This document shows positions 13,340 to 26,122 of a DNA stretch of 64,000 nt, piece after piece (within the stretch, counting starts at the first letter, position 1; each line of letters begins with the position of its first letter). The notes beneath the pieces were generated by a model. It was given only the letters and a program-made list of their open reading frames with translations, made no database searches and was not told the origin of the DNA. Both the position numbers and the translations under genes were made by a program. The DNA is from Octopus vulgaris (lineage: Eukaryota), in contig OX597818.1 in assembly GCA_951406725.2 (NCBI GenBank), positions 113,460,001-113,524,000 of the forward strand. Reading direction: 5' to 3'.

Positions 13340-13960
13340 AATAGTACTCAGAGAGCGTAAACCTCCACCAAAAAGTATTATCCAAGGGAAAGGCAAGGTC
13401 CGATACACCTTTGCATCAGTGATGTCGCAACTCATTTCTACATCTGAGTGAACTGGAACAACGTGAAATAAAGTGTCTTACTCAAGAACACAACACGCAG
13501 CCCGGTCCGGGATTCGAACTCACAACCTCACGAAGGTTCGAGGTTGTAGCAGAAGACCCCTACCCACCCAAGACGCCACGCATGGTGTTTGAAAGCCCGC
13601 TCCTTACTTTAAAGACTCCGCCGGTTACGACGACGAGGGTCCCAGCTGATACGATCAACGGAACAGCTTGCTCGTGAAATTAACGTGCAAATGGCTGAGC
13701 ATTCCACAGACACGTGTACCCTTAACGTAGTTCTTCGGTGATAATCAGCGTGACACAGAGAGTGACAAGGCTGACCCTTTGAAATACAAGTACAACTCAT
13801 TTTTGCCAGCTGAGTGGACTGGAGCAACGTGAAATAAAGTGTCTTGCTCAAGGACACAACGCGTCGCCGGGAATCGAACTCACAACCTTACGATCATGAG
13901 CCGAATGCCCTAACCACTAAGCCACGCGCCCTCACCCGCTCCTTACTACTCAGCCACGTA
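13340..13960 (-). mobile_element. Nested SINE cluster; family A copy 13609-13934 with 13-bp TSD inside an older SINE head
   Basis: CCCGCTCCTTACT at 13596-13608 and 13935-13947; intact A/B boxes. Another CORE-like SINE piece at about 13400-13532. Confidence 0.88.
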
Positions 13961-14842
13961 TATGTATATTCTTAGCTGGTTCAAGTAATTTGAACGTGAG
14001 TATGCTAATTTCTGTTGCATTTCGCCTTTGGAAGACAACTTCGCTAATCAGACAACATTTGTCAACAATTCTCTTGATTCAGTAAGAGGAGGGGACTTGA
14101 AGACACCGGTGTTTTGATCTCCGTGTGTCTCTTCCGTCAAAACAAACCTTGGATCTCTGAAACTAAACAAGCATGGTGCCTCTTTTATATAGAATTCAGC
14201 AAACAAATTATTTGCCGATCTATGCTGGTATTGCCATCTTCATCTTAAATTTAATATCAAATTACATACCTTTGCATTTATTACATAAAATGCGCCATAT
14301 TTCATCTTGGTGGGCTTTTGATTATGTTAGTCTGTTATTGGTAACTTCACACGACAACAAATTCCAACATGTTTTCATAACTAACAGTTGTTCTGCGATA
14401 ACAGATCTGGTATATATAAACAGAAAGACGAGACAGCCATCGATATTTCTGTTTGAAATTGACGTTTCTACGAAATTACTTTCGAAGCCATTTTCACTTA
14501 ATGTCGGGTTATTATCAGCTGTAAAATACTGTTGTCGAAAGTTACAAAGTACATCCAAAAGCAATTGTTTCCACCCTTATATCATAACTATTAGTGTCTC
14601 CCCGCCTTTAATAATCATTTCTAATAATGGGTCAGGACCACAAACATTTCAACAAGAACTAATTTCACATTATTGAAACAGTACTTGACAGGCGCTACTT
14701 AATATATCGACCCCTTCATGATAAAAGATATAATTGACGCCTTGCGAATTGCTGCTCACTTTCATAGTAAATTCATAACAGCAAAATCAGAAATCACCCA
14801 CAACAATAACACTAATAATAACAATAATAATAATAAAATTAT

Positions 14843-14910
14843 GGGGTTTAGTACAGCTTCAGAAAACAGTGTTATTAGGGACAGCTAGGATACTTAGGTG
14901 AGTTCTTGGG
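14843..14910 (+). mobile_element. 3' end of an R4/Dong-like (RLE) non-LTR retrotransposon
   Basis: Translates GLVQLQKTVLLGTARILR*VL, matching the C-terminal LQK..LLGTA.ILR.VL motif; lies next to a TAA repeat. Confidence 0.65.
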
Positions 14911-14964
14911 GGTACAAACACAGACTCAAAGACACACAAACATTTATACATACATACATACATA

Positions 14965-15125
14965 CGGAGTGGTTGGCGTTCGGAAGGGCATCCAGCCGTA
15001 GAAACTCTGCCAGATCAGACTGGAGCCTGGAGCAGCCCCTGGCTTCCCAGACCCTGGTCGAACCGTCCAACCCGTGCTAGCATGGAAAACGGACGTTAAA
15101 CGATGATGATGATGATGATGATGAT
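14965..15125 (+). mobile_element. SINE 3' part with RTE-like tail ending in (GAT)n
   Basis: 'ggcgttcggaagggcatccagccgtagaaa...gctagcatggaaaacggacgttaaacgatgatgat'. Confidence 0.7.
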
Positions 15126-15174
15126 ATATATATATATATACATACATATACATATATATATATACATATATATA

Positions 15175-15331
15175 TACGAAGGGATTCTTTGAGTTTCCGT
15201 CTACCAAATCCACTCATAAGGCTTTGGTCGGCCCGAGGCTCTAGAAGACACTTGCCCAAGGTGCCCCGTAGTGGGACTGAACCCGGAACCATGTGCATGG
15301 GAAGCAAACTTCTTACCACACAGCCACGCCT
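15175..15331 (-). mobile_element. SINE family B head (tRNA + CORE-like)
   Basis: ggcgTGGCTGTGTGGtaag...GGTTCAGTCCC...accttgggcaagtgtcttct. Confidence 0.85.
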
Positions 15332-15371
15332 GAATATTATTGATAGTGGCCTCGAATCTCCCAGAGAACGA

Positions 15372-15488
15372 CGTTAAGTGTACGCGTGTCTGTGGAGTGC
15401 TCGGCCACTTGCACGTAAATTTCACGAGCAAGCTGTTCCATTGGTCGGATCGACTGGATCCCACGTCGTCGTAACCGACGGAGTGCCA
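15372..15488 (+). mobile_element. 3' fragment of SINE family A
   Basis: Reverse complement of about 13615-13725. Confidence 0.8.
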
Positions 15489-15899
15489 CGATATATTGTC
15501 GCTGTAGTTATTATTCTCGTAACCATTGTTGATAATGTTGGGGTTGTTGTTGATCAGATTTGTTTGTTATTGTTGTGGAATGTTCTTACTGTTGAGGTCC
15601 CTGTGGGTATTTTTCTTTTTTTGCAGTTATTGTCGGCCTCATTATTGATTCGTATGTTTGGCCATACCTTGGCAAGGATTGAGTGCCTTCGTGCTGCAAA
15701 GGCGGTCACTACTTTTCCCTGCCCCACTTGTCATTCGATTTTTCTACAGCTTTTATTCCCTAGTACTTTTTTGTGTTTTATTGTTGGTCTTGACATTTTC
15801 ATCCATCGGATGGTCGGATGGCATGTGTTACGGTGTACTCGAGTCAGTGTGAAAGTTGATATTCTTTTGGTAGAGGCACTGGGTCGTATAATTCTTTGT

Positions 15900-16500
15900 G
15901 AGTCTCTGTTGTAGAAATGGATGTTACTGCTTGTAACATCTGGAGATCTTCTTGTTCAGTTGTCGTTGAAATCGTTGCTGTGAATAGGATCGTAGTTGCC
16001 AAAGTGTTGTTAATATTGGCGGAAGTAGCCACTAGGCATTTGTTTCTTTTCCATGTTCCAGAAAACCCGCTGCTTCATATTTTCGAGACTGTAGAATTTT
16101 GACTCATAGTCTTCGATCGTCACCAACATCTGCTTATTATTCTTACGCAAAACCGAGCTATTTGTGTATATCGAAAAACCGATGTTGCAACAAACGTCTC
16201 AATTTCGTGATGTCTCCGTTTTGCTCTGCTAGGAAGTAGAACTTGATTTTGCTTCTCTAGAAGTCTTCTTATCTTCACTCATAGTCCCAGACATTTCTAA
16301 TATACATCGATCATAGCAAATTCCTGATATGATTGCTGACATAATTCGAGCTTCCTTCTCACTGTTACAAATGTTCACCATCATCTCAAGATATTTCTTA
16401 GTAGTTACTCAATGATAAGCTATACCAATTGCATGTACTTCTCGGTTTACACTGGACTGGGATATTTCTCATTCTCGTTAATGTAGTGAAGCGTTCGTTT
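15900..16500 (-). pseudogene. Possible decayed LTR-retrotransposon gag
   Basis: Minus-strand peptides EARIMSAIISGICYDR and KYEAAGFLEHGKRNKCLV, the latter resembling a decayed CCHC knuckle. Confidence 0.3.
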
Positions 16501-18059
16501 TTAGTTGTTATTCATCATGTTGGCTGGAAATATCAGAATAGAGCAGATAGTGACAATGTTGTATTATTTCACAGATTCTTTTTTGTCTTTGAGTGAATGC
16601 TACACTTAATGACTGGTTGTAAGGACTGACAATAAATTAATTTTTGCGATATCATCATTGTTGTTATTTTGTCAATTCTGTACTTAGTGCTGTTGTATTT
16701 ATTAAACAGGCGTTTTGTTGCTGCGCTGCTGTTACTATTACTGCAAACGGTGATGCAGATTTCTATAATATCTGCATATAATTAGTGTAATGAAAAATAT
16801 AGTAACTATGACGTCAATGTATTGGCTGGTATATATTAGCTGCAGTGAAATTGCTGCTATCATGAGGCAGTTGGCCTTTGTAAATAGAGTTGAATATTTC
16901 TCCTTTTCCCGTTCGTGTTCACATTCTCCATCACCTCATGCTTTCATCTTTTCCTCTTCGGGCAAATCATTAAGATGACATTATTCGATTCCATATTTTA
17001 ATTTAAATCTTTCATGAAAAATAATGAATATTTTCTGGACAACAATGACCCATTGAATAGTTTTTCCTGTTGAAGGCTGACATAGTTGAAAACAAGACAC
17101 ACTTCTATTCCGTCACTTATTTCCTCTACAAAATTGTCAACAGAAATTAATATTTACGAAACCCTGTTGATGCATCAACGATAATGAGAAGCAGATCGCT
17201 CAGAGCCACTAGAATCACTATTGCTCAGTGATGACTACTACTACCACTACTACTACTACAACTAGTAATGATGATAATTGCAACGACGATAGTAACTATA
17301 CGAGGAGAATGATAATAATAGTTCCCTACTTACTAAGAATTGGTAGAACCACTGAAGACAGTGAGGGATTATGTGAAAGCGTCAACAAGGAAATACAAAG
17401 AACACAAAAATTCTAAGAAAATTTCTCCAAAAGGAGAAAATTATCCAAAAAGAAGATCTTTGGATGTTACTTGCGGAAGGACCTCGAAACCGTGGTCACT
17501 CTGGCCACTAAGTCAACTGTCCTCTCCCCGTCGTCCTTGTACAAACTACAGGTCCGTTCAGTCGGACCGCTCTCACTCCTCTCATCCCTTTTCAACAAAT
17601 TTCCTACAAAGTAGTACTTCACTCTCGATCCTCAATTTTTTTAAAACTGGAACTTGGAAAATTTGAAGATGGTTTGGCCAAAGACAAATGGCAACCACAC
17701 TTATTCACTGCCAAGTAATTACTGGAGATGTAACTGCCTCAGTGCAAAAGTGCACATATCAGCCACGGTGTGCCAAGTCCTCCACTCAGCGTTTGTTCGC
17801 TGTAAATGAAGCTCCTGGCCAGTGAAACGCATTATTTCCGCAAGAAACAAAATAACAGACACTCCAGTCTGGTCGGAACAGAATTGAAGCGAGACTCGAT
17901 AGTCAAGCGGTAGAAATTATAGGAGCAAGGTACATCTTCCGATGTTTTACACAGAGCTTCTGGTCTCTAATTAACACACTATAATGGTACGACGACTTGG
18001 ATCTGCCTTTCCAGATGCTGAGCTACAAATCCACCAGTATTTCCTGACTGATTTTGGTT

Positions 18060-18450
18060 CTTGTTTCTATCTCGCAGTCCCTTAAAGAGGTACTGATCAT
18101 CTTGATTTCCCTGTTAGCCGACGCTAAGCTTGTGGTGTCTGCATAAGCCGACTTGGATCATTATCATCCTACTTCAAGCTGGATACTCTTAAATGCCTCT
18201 AGTTTCACCATTTTGGTTCGGGTGTCAGCTCATTCAGAAGAGAAGAAAGGGAACAAGTCTGACGGATCAAGCGCATGATATTCAAAGGCTTCGTTTGGTA
18301 GTCATTTACCCTTACAACCGAACAGATGTTGCTATACATTGCTGCGATCCAACTGCAGAAGACTGGATGGAACTTGGCTGCCTTCATTCCAGCCACTCAA
18401 TATTAATAATTGACTCTATCGGAAGTTTCCAGGGAATCTAAGTTTGTTGG
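18060..18450 (-). pseudogene. L1/Tx1-clade LINE reverse transcriptase fragment
   Basis: D....SDRVNY, then WIAAMYSNICSVVRVNDYQTKPLNIMRLIRQTCSLSSLL (cf. RGVRQGCPLSPLL), then SAYADT (cf. YADD) near 18140-18150. Confidence 0.8.
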
Positions 18451-19482
18451 GGTCTCAGTCATACCAGGTACCTTTGAGCTAACTAATTTACAAACAATCT
18501 CATTGTGGAAACGAAAAATGTTCAATGTTCATAGACGGATTGAAAAATGTTTAAATAAGACAATTACTGATAAATTTAGAGCCGAAAATGCAGACAAGGA
18601 GGTTGTGAAACTGCAATCCTGTTTGTGACATTTTTCTGTTTGAAAAATATTCAAGAGATAACATTATTATTTTATTCGACACACTCATATGAAACATTGT
18701 TTTCAATGACGAACTTTGTCAATCCTAACTATATGAATAATCTTAATGAGGTGCTTACATAACTCACACAACGACTAAATACAATGATTATATAATGAAT
18801 ATGTCATCCCTAGTACAGCTGCAAAAGTGTTACCGAGAGCGAATGCATAATTTCCTTTGATATTTGTTTTATAAATGTCCATAGTTCTTGTATATTATCA
18901 TTAAGGTACAATATATAATTTTTAAGAATGGTATTCTGGCTATTGTTTTGTTTAAATTCATTGATGTTAATTACTTTCATTTTACGTATATAGTACAAAA
19001 CAATTTATAATTGGTATTTTTCAATTGCATTTTAAAAGCCATTGGACATGTATAATTGTTTAAACATATTTTCTAAAATGTTTCCAATTATTTCAATTTC
19101 TCTGTAGTACTTTTGTTGATAGTGAACAACAGATACTTGGAAAAAAGATTCAAAATTCCTTTTTCTTGAAAACGAAGATGCATTTTCTTTTTTATTCATT
19201 ACATCTGTTTTATGTTTTATATAGAAAATATGCAATTCCTAAACTTACCCACTTCAAATAATTCCGTAGTTATTAATTATCTAAACAGATGTCTTTAAAA
19301 TACTTTTAAGCGACTTGTTCTGTTTACTTATAAAATATCTTTTTTTTTTTAATAATAAATCTCTGAGCGGAGTTATAAACAGTAGCTGCACGACAATGTG
19401 AAGTTTCTGCGTATCGTCACTGGAAAAAGGATATATATATATTTGCATTGGGAACCACATCACATCGACAACCGGTGATTGT

Positions 19483-19527
19483 CACACGCTGATGACGGGT
19501 CAATATCCAGAAACTCCAGTCCGTGTG
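19483..19527 (+). ncRNA. Type I hammerhead ribozyme
   Basis: CACACG-CTGATGA-c-GGGT(caat)ATCC-a-GAAAC(tcca)GTC-CGTGTG. Perfect 6-bp stem I; predicted cleavage after GUC at 19521; C-A mismatch at the base of stem II. Confidence 0.75.
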
Positions 19528-20220
19528 TATCATGTCAGGTTGAAGATGGGAAGGATGGCTTCTCTTTACAAATACTGATAGGGCACAGAAAGTGCGTCAA
19601 TATCCAGCAGGAGAATGTGTCCTCTGGGGCTACAGACTACAGTAGCATCAACCCTTAAGGGTTAGCCACATTTAGGTGGCATATTTTCTTCACAGTTTTC
19701 AAAAATTAGAAATATAAATGAGAATCTACCATGATACGTGAAAGATTTTTAACATATTGCCCATGTAAGCACAACTTTTTAAAATGTTTACTACCTTGGT
19801 CGAGTGGGAACCGTTCCCTTCCGAACTCTTCGCATCAAATTACGATTATATCGGAATTTGATGTGAAAATGGAAATGGTGAGCACGCACATATACATACT
19901 GACACATCAAAGTTTATTTTCGAAATGTCAAATTTCCTTCTGTTGATATATGTGATAACGTATCAGTATGTATATTTGCGAGACCACCATTTTGTTCCGT
20001 TATCAAAATGAGATGAAATCGAAATCTGCACTATTTGAATGCTATTTGCAGAAAATGTCATCGAAGAATATTCATTTTTATACGAGGAAAGCCGACTCGT
20101 ATGAATTTTCAGAAACTCTTCTCCCTATACACAGAAAAATATTTTCACAACAAATTCCCATATCATTCGAATCTGCATCATCTGAAGCGTATTCTTAGAA
20201 ACTTTCATTAAAAATGATCT

Positions 20221-20366
20221 TTTTTTTCTGGAAGTTATGAGGAAATAAAATCGGGGTAGTGCACACTTGTATAGGAGTGCGCTCTATTCTTTGCAAAGAA
20301 TAGAGCGCACTCCTATACAAGTGTGCACTACCCCGATTTTATTTCCTCATAACTTCCAGAAAAAAA
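20221..20366. repeat. Perfect 146-bp spacerless palindrome
   Basis: 73-bp arms centred between 20293 and 20294 (…ttctttg|caaagaa…). Confidence 0.95.
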
Positions 20367-20859
20367 GCGACGTGGATAGGATAATAATTTTCAACTCGTC
20401 AATGGAAGGTCATTTTTCCTCATATAGTTATATATACTGTTAAGTTAATATGTTACAAAAATGGATTAATTCTATCCTTTTCGTATACCTAGTAACAAAC
20501 TTTTCCTTTCTTTTGTTCTTTTTTCATTTTCTGTTACGAATACAATTTCTCTACCTTTGAACCACTTCTGCCTTGATCTCATGGCTTCATGTTTTGTTTA
20601 ATTTGGAACACTGAATTATATAAGAGCATTATATTCTGCATGGCTTTAATGTATGAGAATCTCACCAAAACAGCGTGTCAGCACCTGTACACACGTAACA
20701 ATTAGCTCTCAACTAATTGCACACTGGATACTGAGCACCGCTTTGCATCATTGGGTCTTCATAATTTTCTGTTCCTTTCATCTTTGAACAAACAGAAATG
20801 TAATGAAAGAATGAAATGTGGATACAGATAGGAAGAGAGATGGAGAGCAGATAGAGTGT

Positions 20860-20966
20860 AAACGACATAGACTGACAGACAGACAGCTGGATGGATTTGG
20901 TAGGTGGGTGGATAGATGGATGGATAGACAGATAGAGAGACAGACAGACAAACAGACAGACGACTG

Positions 20967-21065
<99 letters not shown>

Positions 21066-21115
21066 GGATAGACAGACTGATGGTTGATCGATTGATGAAT
21101 GATTGATTGATAAAT
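20860..21115. repeat. (GATA)n/(GACA)n microsatellite
   Basis: Seen directly. Confidence 0.95.
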
Positions 21116-22054
21116 AATTGCTGAAATCACTTGCGTAGATATAGATCTGCAAATCATGTGTAATACAAAACCTTGAAGGTATTTGATATTGATTTCGCTT
21201 AATGCCTTGCATCATAAATTTTAAGTTTAATTAACAGATATCCTATATTTGCAAGAACGAAAGATAACATTTTACAAATTCGACAGTTATTTAACGCTAT
21301 TAACTACTGCTAAAACCATTTACTTCTCTGAATGCTTGTCTTTCTAAAGGCGCAGATTTGATTAAGCATTTGTGTTTTTGCCTTTTAATTCGTTTTATTT
21401 TGCCAGTCTTTTTTTTCATTCAGCATTAAAATTTTCGAATTTTCTCGATCAATATCGCTCTAATGATTTAACAGTTTAAATTAAAAACGACGACTGAATA
21501 GGAATCACATGTTCATCGGATGTAGCTGGATTGAAAATCAATCGATAATGTTCACACAAAAGACGTCGTTAACAACAAAGAATCACGGAAACATAAATAT
21601 AATTCTTAACCATGTATCATTATTCGCTTTACACACGCAAAAACTGACATGTACAGAAAGAGAATCGCAGAGAGAAAGTAAAAATGAGAGGCACATGATT
21701 ATCTTTAAACAATGTTATCTTGCTGGACTTCACACTGAGTATTAGCAATTCTTCATCGCACATTTCTTATTTTGAGATTAAGTATTGCAAGAGAAAAATG
21801 TGATTGATCAAAATGGCGATTTTCTTCGAGGTTCTGTTTTCTAATCTGTTTTGATTGATTTATTCCGTGGTCATCTTGGTGTGTTTGGGATTGTTATTAT
21901 ATACCCGCGAGACATAGTACTACTCCATATCCCCGTGATATAGTGTTATTACATATCCGCGCGTGCTATAATGGTGAGGAATATTCGATAAGTGCTGCAT
22001 TCGACAGATTAATTTAAACGCTAAAGGCTTACCTGTTTAGCTTTTAAATATATA

Positions 22055-22109
<55 letters not shown>

Positions 22110-22113
<4 letters not shown>

Positions 22114-22342
22114 TAGAAGAAATAAGGTCCTCAGAAATCTGGATGGTTTTATATTTACAGATTTTTATTAATATGTCACATGTTTTTATAAATCATATAT
22201 TAGCGCTTGCGTCCATTCTAGGAGATTCTACTAGAGTAGATGCAAGCGCTAATTTATCATTTATAAAAACATGTGACATATTAATAAAAATCTGTAAATG
22301 TAAAACCATCCAGATTTCTGAGTACCTTATTTCTTCTAATAT
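22110..22342. repeat. Fold-back inverted repeat embedded in (TA)n
   Basis: About 110-bp arms 'tattagaagaaataagg...' / '...ccttatttcttctaata' with a few mismatches; TA arrays on both sides. Confidence 0.9.
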
Positions 22343-22369
22343 ATAATACCTGTGCATCACCTCCAAACC

Positions 22370-22430
<61 letters not shown>

Positions 22431-22554
22431 ACGTATGTATGTATTATGTATGTGTTAAAGAAAGCAAAAAATAAAACAAAAGTAACAGTGTTCAGTTGTT
22501 GGTTCAGCATACTAACCACAAGAGTTTTATCCAGGGAAGTTGTACATCTACTCC

Positions 22555-22569
22555 CGCTTTCTCTCACAT

Positions 22570-22617
<48 letters not shown>

Positions 22618-23030
22618 CCTCCTATAATTATTACTCTCACTGCTGCCATCAGTACTACTACTTTTAGTAAAACATCATCAACTCTCCCTAAATTTATTTG
22701 TCTCTCTTTCCCTCCCTCTCTCGCTCTTCCTCCCTCTCTCCCTCTCCCTCTGTCTTCCCTACCCCCCTCACCGTCTCTACATCTACTATTACTCTCACCC
22801 CAGCATGAGGAAGTGTCATTGATTAGTGAGAGAGAGGGTCAAAGTGTGACACACTGACACACAAAAATTAGTTTTCGCATTTATTATATTAGATATATAC
22901 ACACATTGTATGTACCTATATATGTGTGTATGTGTGTATGTATGTATGTATGTATGTATGTATGTATGTATGTATGTATGTATGTATGTATGCATGTATG
23001 TATGTATGTATGTATGTATGTATGCATGTA
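22555..23030. repeat. (CT)n and (TATG)n microsatellites
   Basis: Seen directly. Confidence 0.9.
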
Positions 23031-24044
23031 TTGGTTTTTAAAATAGAATCTCAACACTACAGTAGCAGATATGTTACAAAGAGAATATCAGAGAAACTGT
23101 AATCGGCTCAAGGATAATAGATATGCAGAAAACAACAGCAGTGTGATAATAAAAATATTTAGTCTCTGGAAAACAAAATTTATTGTGGTGAATATTAAAA
23201 GAAATGTTAACACAGAACAAAAGAATTTTCCCTACACTGCACTATGTCACTGGTCATTCATACACTTCAATGCCAAATGTCCCTAAACTTCCAGTTATAA
23301 ATAGGGGCCATGCGGTGATGCTGTTCGTCAACGGAATCGGACGAATCATTATCTATGCATATTGTTTGAGTTTGTCGTTAGCCTGAGGGGCCGAGTTCAC
23401 ATACTATAATGAGTGCAGCTTCCAGAGGTTGGCTTGAATTGAAAGTAAGAAGTGAAACTGAGATTTCAGTTGTTTACACGAGGCAGTAAATGAGAGAGAG
23501 GGAGAGAGAAAGAGAGAAATATATTTACAATGAAACGACGATTGTCAAATGTTTCTTCGTCCATTTTGTTAAGATTTACGATCAACAATATTAAAAATAA
23601 TCCGGATCTTTTCTCTTTGACCGACAGATTTTTAAAATAATTTCTTTGTAATTAAACACTTTTAAACTTCGTATACTGGTAGTGTGTTACATAAAATATC
23701 TTTTCCTCCTGGCTTTCTGGAGAAAATTATGTAGATTGTAAGCTATTTGCTTGCATTTCGGCAATTTCAACCGATCAAAAACGTCTATTGAGATGAATAC
23801 AATTTCTGCCGTAACATTTTCTGACGGTGTCATGTCAATGTGTCACTGTTATTTATGAAAAAAAAGATACCCTGTGGTCATAATCTAAAAAAAATATTTA
23901 ATTGTAGTCTGTTACAAGAATTTCTTTTATGTTTATGAACCGTTATAGTCATGATGGGACGAGGGGCATAAACAGTAAGCAAAAGCATAGGCCTTGCATT
24001 AAGTAATACCATCTTTCATATGAATTGTTTGTAGAAAGTGACAG

Positions 24045-24085
<41 letters not shown>

Positions 24086-25562
24086 CACCTAATGATGCTA
24101 AATTTCTGTCTATGAGCTAGAGATGGAGATAGCTGTCAAGTTATGGATATATTCTATCCTATCACAATAAGCTAATTTAAGACCAGAACAAAGAAAATAC
24201 GGAAATAGCCTGTCGGTACTAATTTCTGCAGAAAAAGTAATTAAATGAACACATGAGAAAAACAGAAAAATTCAGCTGACAAACATTATTACGTTCATTA
24301 GAAAAATAATTTGAAGTTATTTTGTTAGGAGAAAAAAATAAGTGAGACTGCAAACTCAACTGATATTTACCAAACTTTTGGAGAACAATAACAAATCTTT
24401 TTGTCTGACTGGGAATAAACCAGAAAATTACTATTTTCAGATATTTAATTTTTTATATATATATAACAGAAATTAATCCTCTCGGTCAATTTGTTCTTTT
24501 TTTTTTTTTTTCGTCAGTAAATAAAAGTAAATATATATTATTTTCAATTTTCAATTTGCTGTGAACAATTCAAAAATAAACTAGATTTGCTCCGGGCAAC
24601 TCATATATCAATATTAACATATTTTAATTGTGATATGTAATCACACGCAGCTGTTTGCTATTTTGAATGTTGCAAGCGGATAGTATTTTCTTGTTTAGCG
24701 CTTCCATCCAATTCCTTGACTACAATGTTCATCTTTTCCCTCCACAACTTACTTAACACCTGTGATTGAGCCACGAAGATTTCAGATACTTAGTTGGCTC
24801 ACCTTTTTTATTTACGTGTTTTATTTATCGCTGATTTATATATTTGTTTTGATTTTCCTTTTTTATTTATATTTTTCATTTGTATTTTTCTGTTTGCATT
24901 TTACAACACGACATGATTAAATTAAACAGAATACACTATATGCTAAATAGATAAATATTTAAAATATACAAACATATATCCAGATTTCGAAAATTAATTT
25001 CGATTTACTAAATGCAGTTTGGACTTGAAGCCTATTAGAAATAATATTTTGTTAGCTTCGTAAAGTCTTACTCAGATATCATTATGATGGTGATTCAAGT
25101 GAAATCCTAACTTAAGATTAGAACCAAGTTAAATATTCGGATCAAGCAAGCCAAACACACTCTACTATGTTCGCCAAATCAGTTGCTGAAAATTAATTAT
25201 TAGTGACAACGGCCGCTTAAAATACTTATAAGGTACTTATAATAGATTCCAGAGTCGTCTTCTGTGGCTCACTACGTTGTCTAATGGTGCCATAGTTGCG
25301 ATCCCGGTCGGAGTTAATGTCAGTTTATATCTCTCAGACATGACCTGAAAGGTGAACCAACAGTATTTCGGTCTTCTTCCATAGCTATATATTCATTCGG
25401 TTTATTCTTGAACTATCACTTCTCATTGTTATAATCTATCGAATGGGTAATGGCAATGTGTAACCATAAAGAAATATAGTTATACAAAATGTAGCAATAA
25501 ATAAAACGCTCTTGATGAGTACTTCATCTTTGGAATTCTAAAGTAGGCCCAACATTATAATA

Positions 25563-26122
25563 CTTTCTACTCTAGGCACAAGGCCTGAAATTTGGGTGAT
25601 TACATCGACTCCAGTACTCAACTTAATTTATCGACTCCGTAAGGATAAAAGGCAAAGTTGACCTCGATGGAATTTGAACTCAGAACGTAGCAGCAGACGA
25701 AATACTTATTTATTTACTACCCACAAGGGGCTAAACACAGAGAGGAAAAACAAGGACAGACAAACGGATTAAGTCGATTATATCGACCCCAGTGCGTAAC
25801 TGGTACTTATTTAATGGACCCCGAAAGGATGAAAGGCAAAGTCGACCTCGGCGGAATTTGAACTCAGAACGTAGCGGCAGTCGAAATACCTATTTCTTTA
25901 TTACCCACAAGGGGCTAAACACAGAGGGGGCAAACAAGGACAGGCATAGGTATTAAGTCGATTACATCGACCCCAGTGCGTAACTGGTACTTAATTTATC
26001 GACCCCGAAAGAATGAAAGGCAAAGTCGACCTCGGCGGAATTTGAACTCAGAACGTAGCGGCAGACGAAATACCGCTAAGCATTTCGCCCGGCGTGCTAA
26101 CGTTTCTGCCAGCTCACCGCCT
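25563..26122 (-). mobile_element. SINE family C, trimer of an ~177-bp unit
   Basis: One head 'ggcggtgagctggcagaaacgttagcacgccgggcgaaatgc', then three B-box + Meta-like units; the last ends in tail B. Confidence 0.9.

Noticed and set aside
14173-14676. 167-aa ORF and an opposite-strand Cys pattern (PHD-like?)
   Set aside because: No recognisable domain or exon context; the Cys spacing is interrupted by stops.
15378-15914. 178-aa ORF
   Set aside because: Begins inside a SINE fragment and runs antisense to a probable retroelement remnant.
17065-17100. cctgttgaaggctgacatagttgaaaac hammerhead-like string
   Set aside because: The core is mutated and stems I and III are unsupported.
25563-26122. 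CRISPR-like or retrozyme array
   Set aside because: Whole ~177-bp units repeat with no unique spacers, and no hammerhead core was found on either strand; these are SINE multimers.
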